Source of the DNA: Vulcanimicrobiota bacterium
GTDB taxonomy: Bacteria > Vulcanimicrobiota > Vulcanimicrobiia > Vulcanimicrobiales > Vulcanimicrobiaceae
DNA length: 30,131 nt
NCBI GenBank assembly: GCA_003133025.1
Contig: PKZK01000029.1
Coordinates: 10,466 to 40,596, forward strand
Direction of reading: 5' to 3'
Positions within the stretch are counted from its first letter, which is position 1. Each line of letters starts with the position of its first letter. Of this stretch, positions 25,131-30,131 are shown one piece after another. The notes under the pieces were generated by a model. It had not been told where the DNA came from, did no database searches, and was given only the letters and a program-made list of their open reading frames with translations. The position numbers were made by a program, and so were the translations under genes.

Positions 25131-25931
25131 ATGGCTTACGCAGAGGTCGACTCGCCGCCGCGCTCGTTTACGATCGCGGGCGTCCGCATCGACAATCGCG
25201 ACTTTTCCGGCGTCGTCGACGCGATCGTCGACCATGCCGAACGCGGGCGCGAAGCCGGTTACGTGGTAACTCCCAACGCGCACCACGTGGTGCTCTTACA
25301 GAAGGACGCGCTCTTCCGCGAAATCTACGCGGGCGCGTTCTTGAGCGTGGCCGACGGCGTACCCCTGCTCTGGGCCGCGCGGCTGCTCGGTGAGAGGCCG
25401 CGCGGCAGGGTCAACGGTACCGACCTTTTCGAAGCGCTGTGCGCCGAAGCCGCGCGGCGCGGCTTGCGCGTCTACTTTCTCGGCGGCCGTCCCGGCGCCG
25501 CGGACGCGGCCGCCGCGCGCTTGCGCCTGCGCCACCCGAGGCTCGAGGTGTGCGGGACCGATGCGCCGCCGTTCGGCTTCGAACGCGACGCCGAAGCGGC
25601 GGCGAGCATCGTCGAGCGCATCAACGCAGCCCGCCCGCACCTGCTCTTCGTGGGCCTGGGCGCGCCCAAACAAGAGTATTGGATGTACCGGCACCGCAAC
25701 GAATTGCGCGTGCCGATGTCGCTGGGCATCGGGGTGAGCTTCGAATTCGTCGGCGGCATCGTGAGGCGCGCGCCGCCGTGGATGCAGCGCACGGGCCTCG
25801 AGTGGTTCTTCCGTCTGACCGCGGAGCCGCACCGGCTCTGGAAGCGGTACCTGGTGGGCAACTCGGCGTTTTGTCTCTTAGTCGCGCGCCAGTTTCTGCG
25901 CCGGGGAGCGTCGAAGCGGCGCGGATGCTGA
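25131..25931 (+). CDS. WecB/TagA/CpsF family glycosyltransferase (GT26), 266 aa
   Basis: VVTPNAHH, VADGVP, RVNGTDL, FVGLGAPKQE, RAPPWMQRTGLEWFFRL. Confidence 0.93.
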   Translation: MAYAEVDSPPRSFTIAGVRIDNRDFSGVVDAIVDHAERGREAGYVVTPNAHHVVLLQKDALFREIYAGAFLSVADGVPLLWAARLLGERPRGRVNGTDLFEALCAEAARRGLRVYFLGGRPGAADAAAARLRLRHPRLEVCGTDAPPFGFERDAEAAASIVERINAARPHLLFVGLGAPKQEYWMYRHRNELRVPMSLGIGVSFEFVGGIVRRAPPWMQRTGLEWFFRLTAEPHRLWKRYLVGNSAFCLLVARQFLRRGASKRRGC

Positions 25932-27373
25932 CGTGCGCCCTGGGCTTCGCGCTCTCGTTCGGCCCGTGCAGCGAATTGCTCGCGGCGCGCTCCGGCGCGA
26001 CGCTTCCGCTCGCGTACGACGCGAAGACCGCGTGCATCGACCATCTCGCGTACGGCAACGACGTGCTGCCCGCGGGCGCCGGTGAATTTTCTACCCAAGG
26101 TTTGAACGCGGCGTATTGGGGTGCGCAGCACGCGCGGACCGAGAAGCCCGTCGCGAGCTGGCCCGGGTACCAAAGCTCGTGGGGAAAATTTCAGTACGAT
26201 ACCTATTTCGGCAACCCCGGCGACGGCAGCGGCCTGACGCCGTTCGCCGTCACCCGCGACGGCGGCGCGCCCGGTTCGCCGACGGCGCTGCGCATCATGG
26301 CCGAACCCATGCCGCAACGGATGCAGAAGAATCCCGCGTACGGCGACGGCTGGACCGCCTCGAATCTGGCGACGGGCATCGTGTCGCCGCCGGCGGGCGG
26401 CTCGATCACGCTCGGCGTCGAGCGCGCGAACGCGACGCACCAGGGTTGGTTCTCGGGCATCGGCCGGCCGAAGAATACCGGCGGGGGCGGCGAGGACGAC
26501 CCGCAGGGCGTCGCGTTCGTCGGCAAGGTGACGGCGGGCGGCTGCACTGTCGGCAGCGACGGCTCGTGCAGCGGCGGCTCGACGTCGATCACGCTTTCCA
26601 ACATTCGCTATTTCGAGGGCGGCCCGGGCACGTCGATTCCGGCCAAGGCCGACTTCCAAGATTGGCAATTTCCCGATTACTACTCGGGCGTGCTCGACAC
26701 CAACGTCAATCAGCAGTACGGCTTCTTCGTCGCGCGCATTCGCTTGCCCAAACCGCTGCCGGCGCTCAGCCCCGCCTGGTGGATGCTGGAAACCGGCGGC
26801 GTCGGGCAAAACCCGCCGGGCTCGCAAAACCTGTTGCGCAGCGAGTGGGATGTGGAAGAGCAGTTCGGGGCCGCGTACGGGTACGATCTCAATGCCGGCA
26901 ACATTCTCTGGAACAGCGGCTCGCCCGCCTTACACGCCTACGGGTGCGGCATGCATTGCCCGGGCGAAAATAACACGACCGGACCGGGCGCAACGGGCGT
27001 CTATCCGTTCCGTTCCTCACCGGCAGCGCTCGATGCCGACTACGCTTCCGACTATCACGACTACGGCGTGTTGGTTTTGCCGGGCGGTCCGCCGTTTCCG
27101 AAGGACTACTCGGGGAGCTACGGCGTGTACGTCGAAAACGGCTCGCCCTTCGCGGGCACCACGTTCTTTCTCGACGGTTATCCGATCCAGGGGCACGTCG
27201 ACGAGCCGAACCTGACGCAAAACTCTCCAGACAAGGAACTGATGCTGATGTTCCAAGTCGCCGCCCCCGGTTCGTGGCTCGATCCCAATTCGCTGGGTAA
27301 GACGAATCCGTGGCCGCAGGATATGTGGATCCAGTGGATCCGCGCGTACAAGCCCTCGCACAAGGCTTGCTGA
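25925..27373 (+). CDS. GH16-like glycoside hydrolase, probably exported, 482 aa
   Basis: ATG 25925 overlaps the upstream stop. Hydrophobic N-terminus; QQYGFFVARIRLP, PAWWML, catalytic-like EWDVEE (26843-26860), YHDYGVL, FFLDG, WPQDMWIQWIRAY. Confidence 0.75.
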   Translation: MLTCALGFALSFGPCSELLAARSGATLPLAYDAKTACIDHLAYGNDVLPAGAGEFSTQGLNAAYWGAQHARTEKPVASWPGYQSSWGKFQYDTYFGNPGDGSGLTPFAVTRDGGAPGSPTALRIMAEPMPQRMQKNPAYGDGWTASNLATGIVSPPAGGSITLGVERANATHQGWFSGIGRPKNTGGGGEDDPQGVAFVGKVTAGGCTVGSDGSCSGGSTSITLSNIRYFEGGPGTSIPAKADFQDWQFPDYYSGVLDTNVNQQYGFFVARIRLPKPLPALSPAWWMLETGGVGQNPPGSQNLLRSEWDVEEQFGAAYGYDLNAGNILWNSGSPALHAYGCGMHCPGENNTTGPGATGVYPFRSSPAALDADYASDYHDYGVLVLPGGPPFPKDYSGSYGVYVENGSPFAGTTFFLDGYPIQGHVDEPNLTQNSPDKELMLMFQVAAPGSWLDPNSLGKTNPWPQDMWIQWIRAYKPSHKAC

Positions 27374-27380
27374 GTTTCGA

Positions 27381-29390
27381 TCAGGCGCGCGAGGCTGCGT
27401 ACTCCGCGGCGTAGGCGACGTAGTAGCTCAAGGCGGCCGGGTCCATCATCGCGTCGCGGCTGGCAACCTTCTCCGGCGGGTCGCCGGCGAGCAGGCGACG
27501 TACCGGAATCTCCATCTTCTTGCCGGTGAGCGTGTACGGGATCGCATCGACCGCGACGATCGTGTCGGGAACGTGACGCGGGCTGCCGTCGGCGCGGAGT
27601 CGCGCGACGATCTCGGCACGCAGCGTTTCGTCGAGTTCGCGGCCGGCCGCGAGCTTGACGAAGAGCGGCATGAAATACCCGCCTCCAGGCGTCTCGAGGC
27701 AGACGACGAGGCCGTCGGCCACGGCCGGAATGCGTTCGAGGATGCGATAGATCTCGGCCGACCCGATGCGCACGCCGAAGCGATTGAGCGTCGAATCCGA
27801 GCGGCCGTAGATGAACGCGCCGCCGCGCGCGTTGAGTTTGAGGAAGTCGCCGTGACGCCACACGCCGGGGAAGTGTTCGAAATACGTTTCGCGATAACGA
27901 CGGTCGCCCGGATCGTTCCAGAAGCGCAGCGGCATCGAAGGCGCCGGGCTCGTGACCACGAGTTCGCCGACCTCGTTCTCGAGTTCGCGGCCGCTCTCGT
28001 CCCACGCGTGCACGTCCATGCCGAGCGTTCGGCACTGGATCTCGCCCGCGTAGACGGGCAGCAGCGGCGAACCGCCGACGAGGCCCGCGCACAGTTCGGT
28101 GCCGCCCGAGGGCGAGCTGACCCACAGATCTTCCTTGACGTTGCGATAGAACCAGGCCGTCGTCTCGGGAGAAACGGGCGAGCCGGTGAGCAGCACGCTG
28201 CGCAACTTATCGGTGGCGAAACGTTGCTTCGGTACGAGACCGATTTTCTGCATGATCTGCACGAAGGTCGGGCTCGCGCCGAAACCGGTCGCGTCGGCGT
28301 CGTCGGCTAACTTCCAGAGCAATTCGGGGCCCGGGTAGGCCGGGTGCCCGTCGTACAGTACGACCGAGGCGCCATGCAGCAACCCGGCGACGAGCGCGTT
28401 CCACATCATCCAGCCGGTGGTGGTGTAGAAGAAGCTCCGGCGCTCGGGACCCGTGTCGGTCGCGAGGCCGCCCTTGAGCAGTTCGAGCGTGATGCCGACG
28501 TGGCCGTGCACGATCGCTTTGGGCAAACCCGTCGTGCCCGACGAGAACAGGATCCACAGCGGATGGTCCGTGTCGACGCGCTCGTAGGCGAAGCCGGCGG
28601 CGTCGCGCGCCGCGCTCTCGCCGCGCGCGAGCAGTTCGTCCCAGTGCAAGGCTTCCGCGAGCGGCGGTGCCGCGGCGCGATCGAGATACGGGAGCCAGAC
28701 GATGTGGCGTATCGTCGGCAATGCGCCTAGGATCGCGCGGATCTGTTCGCTGCGATCGAAGTCTTTGCCGCCGAAGCGATAGCCGTCGGTGAGAAAGATG
28801 AGGCTGGGTTCGATTTGTGCGAAGCGGTCGATCACCGTGCTCGCCCCGAACTCGGGCGCCGCCGAAGCCCAAACGGCGCCGATTGCGGTGGTGGCCAGCA
28901 TCGCGATCGCGGTCTCGGGAATGTTGGGCATATAGGCTACGACGCGTTCGCCCGGCTCCACGCCGAGTTCGCGTAACGCGGTGGCGAGCGCGCGCGTACG
29001 TTCGCCGAGTTCGCGCCAACTCGTGCGCTCGAGGGGACGCAACTCGGACGAGTGGAACAATGCCGGCGCGTCGGGCGCCGCCTCCTCGTGCCGCAACATG
29101 TGTTCGGCGAAGTTCAAGCGGGCGCCGGGAAACCAGCGCGCGCCGGGCATGACGCGCTCCTCGAGCACGCGCGTGTACGGCGCGCTCGAGCGAACGTTGA
29201 AAAAGTCCCAGATCGCGGCCCAGAACGCTTCGAGGTCGGTGACCGACCAGCGCCACAAGGCCTCGTAGTCGGCGAAGTGCAGGCCGCGTTCGGCGCCCAG
29301 CCAGCGCATGAATCGGGCTTGCGACGATGCTTCCGCAACGCTCGACGACGGGGTCCAGAGCAGGTCGCCTTCGCGTACGAGCGTGTCCAT
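27381..29390 (-). CDS. Acetoacetate--CoA ligase, 669 aa
   Basis: YEALWRWSV, WFPGARLNFAEH, ILFSSGTTGLPKAIVHGH, SGGTELC, YAGEIQ, WRHGD, GRSDSTLNRFGVRIG, TGKKMEIPV. Confidence 0.93.
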   Translation of the reverse strand: MDTLVREGDLLWTPSSSVAEASSQARFMRWLGAERGLHFADYEALWRWSVTDLEAFWAAIWDFFNVRSSAPYTRVLEERVMPGARWFPGARLNFAEHMLRHEEAAPDAPALFHSSELRPLERTSWRELGERTRALATALRELGVEPGERVVAYMPNIPETAIAMLATTAIGAVWASAAPEFGASTVIDRFAQIEPSLIFLTDGYRFGGKDFDRSEQIRAILGALPTIRHIVWLPYLDRAAAPPLAEALHWDELLARGESAARDAAGFAYERVDTDHPLWILFSSGTTGLPKAIVHGHVGITLELLKGGLATDTGPERRSFFYTTTGWMMWNALVAGLLHGASVVLYDGHPAYPGPELLWKLADDADATGFGASPTFVQIMQKIGLVPKQRFATDKLRSVLLTGSPVSPETTAWFYRNVKEDLWVSSPSGGTELCAGLVGGSPLLPVYAGEIQCRTLGMDVHAWDESGRELENEVGELVVTSPAPSMPLRFWNDPGDRRYRETYFEHFPGVWRHGDFLKLNARGGAFIYGRSDSTLNRFGVRIGSAEIYRILERIPAVADGLVVCLETPGGGYFMPLFVKLAAGRELDETLRAEIVARLRADGSPRHVPDTIVAVDAIPYTLTGKKMEIPVRRLLAGDPPEKVASRDAMMDPAALSYYVAYAAEYAASRA

Positions 29391-29474
29391 GGCGGCGCCC
29401 TTCGCCGTCGCCCTGCATCTCCGCTTTTCACGCGCGGGGAGCAAAGCGATTCGGTCGTGACGAAGTGCCTATAG

Positions 29475-30131
29475 GTGCGTTCGAGTTTCCCGCCCGGGCC
29501 GGGACCGGTCACCGCCTTTCGCCGCATGGGCCGAGCGCGCGACCTGTCGGCCTTTCTGGCGTTTCTCGGTGAGATTGCAAGCGAGTTCGGACCGGTTGCC
29601 TCGTGGCCGCTTCTGGGCCGGCGTTTCGTGTTGCTCGGCGAGCCCGCGCTCATCGACGACCTGCTGGTTGCGAAATCGCGCGACTTCATCAAGGGCCGCG
29701 GCGTGCAACGCTTGCGCTCGCTTCTCGGGCAAGGTTTGTTGACCGCCGAGCAACCGGTGCACTTGCCGCACCGGCGAATGTTGCAGCCCGCTTTTCACAA
29801 GGAGCGCATCGCGAATTACGGCCGGCGCATGGTCGAGCTGACCGAGGCCGCAAGCGCGGGTTGGCACGACGGCGAGATACTCGCAATCGACGCGGCGATG
29901 ACGAGCCTGACGCTGATGATCGCGGCCGAGACGCTGTTCTCCGCGAGCGTGGGCGAACGCGCCGGCTCGGTGCACGACAACTTGACCGAACTGATGTTGG
30001 CCTTTCCGGCGTTGCTCTCGACGTTCGGCGGCATGCTCGAGAAGCTCCCGTTCGTGCCCAGCACGCGGCGCTTTCGGCGCGCGCGGGCACGCCTCGACGC
30101 CGTCGTCTTCGCGTTGATCGAGGAACGCCGG
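29475..30131 (+). CDS. Cytochrome P450, N-terminal part (runs off the window end)
   Basis: Manual translation from GTG 29475 (in-frame TAG just before): VRSSFPPGP...FIKGRGVQRLRSLLGQGLLTAEQPVHLPHRRMLQPAFHKERIANYG...MTSLTLMIAAETLF. No stop is reached, so it is absent from the ORF track. The heme motif is not visible. Confidence 0.85.
   Translation, partial: MRSSFPPGPGPVTAFRRMGRARDLSAFLAFLGEIASEFGPVASWPLLGRRFVLLGEPALIDDLLVAKSRDFIKGRGVQRLRSLLGQGLLTAEQPVHLPHRRMLQPAFHKERIANYGRRMVELTEAASAGWHDGEILAIDAAMTSLTLMIAAETLFSASVGERAGSVHDNLTELMLAFPALLSTFGGMLEKLPFVPSTRRFRRARARLDAVVFALIEERR

Noticed and set aside
1..30131. CRISPR arrays, tRNA/rRNA genes, transposases, integrases and long tandem repeats
   Set aside because: None were seen. 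Intergenic spaces are short and accounted for, and the frequent CGCGCG runs reflect base composition.

Overview
This is a very GC-rich, gene-dense bacterial window. Positions 1-13268 hold a fragmented NRPS system: a 5'-truncated C-A(Gly)-PCP module, a stand-alone A-PCP, and an A-less C-PCP-TE whose thioesterase nucleophile is Cys. With it are a GT-C (GT39/PMT-like) membrane glycosyltransferase, a type II thioesterase, two paralogous JmjC/cupin oxygenases, two SAM methyltransferases and an interposed YciI/DGPF gene. Directly abutting (13186-27373) is a Wzx/Wzy-type polysaccharide locus: priming sugar transferase, ugd, UDP-GlcA decarboxylase, an HPr-kinase-like protein with a destroyed P-loop, a DUF6492-like protein, a split Wzc pair, a flippase, two GT2s, a polymerase, a WecB/TagA GT and a GH16-like hydrolase. 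An acetoacetate-CoA ligase and a 3'-truncated cytochrome P450 (absent from the ORF track) close the window. The strongest unexplained signal is a conserved 19-bp pseudo-palindromic box sitting exactly 7 bp upstream of the putative -35 of three leftward promoters. These drive the tailoring operon, the C-PCP-TE gene and the polysaccharide operon. This suggests NRPS and glycan genes form one regulon, possibly making a peptide- or aminoacyl-decorated surface glycan. All protein calls are by eye from motifs; no database search was run. Several starts were re-set from the ORF track using RBS and stop/start overlaps.
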